This document shows positions 20,549-21,794 of a DNA stretch of 21,794 nucleotides, piece by piece. The DNA is from Ginkgo biloba (taxonomy: Eukaryota > Plantae > Ginkgophyta): the NCBI GenBank assembly GCA_024626585.2, contig JANKJI020000002.1:39496262-39518055 (forward strand). Direction: 5' to 3'. Position 1 is the first letter of the stretch; the number at the start of each line of letters is the position of its first letter. The notes under the pieces were generated by a model. The model made no database searches and was not told where the DNA came from. It saw only the letters and a list, made by a program, of their open reading frames with translations. The translations under genes were made by a program, and so were the position numbers.

Positions 20549-21794
20549 TCCTCCAGTACCTAGATCAAAATTTGATTAGTTAAGAGAGTATTATATTTAT
20601 CTGTCACTAGATTAGGGATAAATTGTAGAAACTCCTCTTAAGCAAAGGATTTGTCCACCTACTCCACCAACAAAAGAGATGAAAAGAACCTTACCGCCTC
20701 CTCTCTCACCTCCTCTTGCGACCTAGTCCACTCCCCATCCTATTTTTTGACCTTGCCAATAAAATTTGATTGAGTTCTCTCAATAGTAGCTTTGTGGAAA
20801 AAGGATGAGTTATGGTCTCCTGCCGAGAGACAAATCATTCTGGACTTCAACCTCCAAATATCCTCCTCCTCCTATAATAGAACATCTAGGGCCTTAGCTA
20901 CTTTTGATTCTTTTTCTACTAACTCCAATGATATACCTACCCTATCGATATCTTGTTTAAGAGAGGCTAATATTAGCTCTGCTTGCTTCATAGCCTCCCT
21001 CTTTTTCATTGAGATGCTACAATCCCACTCCTTTACCTTTGATTTGGCATATGCCAACTTTTTGACAAATTTAAACATATTCATACCGAAGACTAGATTT
21101 CCCTCCCTCCACCATCTTTGTATGTTTTCTAGAAACCCTCTCTCCTAGATCAGTAGGGGTTTAACTTCTAGGGAACCTTACTCAACATTGGAATGGAAAA
21201 AAGTTCAGGAGACATTGGCCTATGGTCAGAAACTCCGCTAAACAAGATATTGGACTCCATACCGCAATGGGTGGAAATACAAGTGTCACTCGCCGAGAAT
21301 CTATAGAGACATTCTGCCACAAAGTTTGCCCATGTCCTATTTAACCAAGTANNNNNNNNNNNNNNTTGATCTCAGCGTTGTATCTATACGCCTAAACTCT
21401 TGCAAACCTACGATACAAGAATCCAATGCCAGGAAGGCACTCCAAGAGCTTCCTCTTTTCTTTTCCCTAGAAAAGTTCAAGGTAAGATCTCCACCCACAA
21501 TTTAGTTGTTAGGCTTGAGGTCCCTTTCTCCCAAAAAGCTTCCAAACTAGTTCTTTTTCCGTGTAAGTGGACGGACCATAGACATTGGAAATCTAGAACT
21601 CCCTATTTTCTGCAAGACTTTGCATTTGCATAGATATCCAATTCTTAATTTAGTCCTCCATCACACCCATGCAGACAGAACTCTAAATAATGGCCAATCC
21701 ACCTAATGTACGATCTAATCCTACCAACTGAGCACCAAAAATTGGAAAAGTCTTCTTGATGAATTCCTCCATAGCTTCCAAGCTAAGCTTTATT
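20549..21794 (-). mobile_element. L1-clade non-LTR retrotransposon (LINE) ORF2 pseudogene fragment: APE endonuclease plus linker before RT
   Basis: In order on the minus strand: GGLAII*, NVYGP (21572-21586), IVGGD (about 21487-21501), TWLNR..AECLYRF, SDHRP (SDH at 21222-21230), FVKKLAYAKSKVKEW, EEEDIWRLKSRMICLSAGDHNSSFFH (about 20793-20870), EAVRFFSSL, FIPNLVT. It includes track ORF 20872..21084, runs off the right edge and stops at the 100-N gap on the left. Confidence 0.93.

Larger units (their letters stand above)
2199..21365. other. Twelve assembly gaps (N runs)
   Basis: N runs at 2199-2395, 3453-3528, 4425-4524, 6373-6616, 8627-8636, 11498-11550, 12176-12273, 13533-13770, 15670-15886, 17680-17881, 20449-20548 and 21352-21365. 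Confidence 0.97.

Noticed and set aside
20792-21148. 118-aa plus-strand ORF, and likewise 21400..21633
   Set aside because: Both are antisense to clear LINE ORF2 motifs and have no independent protein signature.
2199-21365. Roughly regular spacing of N runs as a masked array or CRISPR-like pattern
   Set aside because: Lengths are irregular, flanks share no motif, and round sizes (100, 100, 10) indicate scaffolding gaps.
1-21794. Prokaryotic-type novel system (retron, DGR, CRISPR, Fanzor/TnpB with guide RNA) built around the RT
   Set aside because: The RT is gypsy-type and pseudogenised. There is no intact ORF, RuvC-like motif, repeat-spacer array or template/variable repeat pair; the only long repeat pair is the LTRs.

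Overview
AT-rich, strongly CpG-depleted eukaryotic draft-assembly sequence with 12 N gaps. It looks like intergenic or deep-intronic DNA from a large plant genome, possibly a gymnosperm; that is an inference from element types and composition. I see no intact gene, RNA gene or CRISPR array. The ORF track consists of antisense shadows, gap-spanning artefacts and one LINE fragment. Manual translation through stops and frameshifts shows decayed retroelements. (1) A minus-strand Tat-like Ty3/gypsy gag-protease remnant at about 250-4400, with a candidate LTR at 4411-6085. (2) A plus-strand Tat-like pol remnant at about 7861-9830 (RT lacking its YxDD segment, RNase H, probable second RNase H). (3) A minus-strand CRM-like chromovirus element at about 13103-17010 with two diverged ~400-bp LTRs, a tRNA-iMet PBS, gag, a zinc knuckle and protease, but no room for RT/RH/IN. 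(4) A less-decayed minus-strand L1-type LINE ORF2 fragment at 20549-21794, plus weaker LINE remnants. I did not find a convincing undescribed biological system. The best second looks are the gag+protease-only LTR element, the long unassigned coding-like region upstream of the Tat gag, and the strong C>T/G>A decay. All family assignments come from motif recognition by eye, not database searches.
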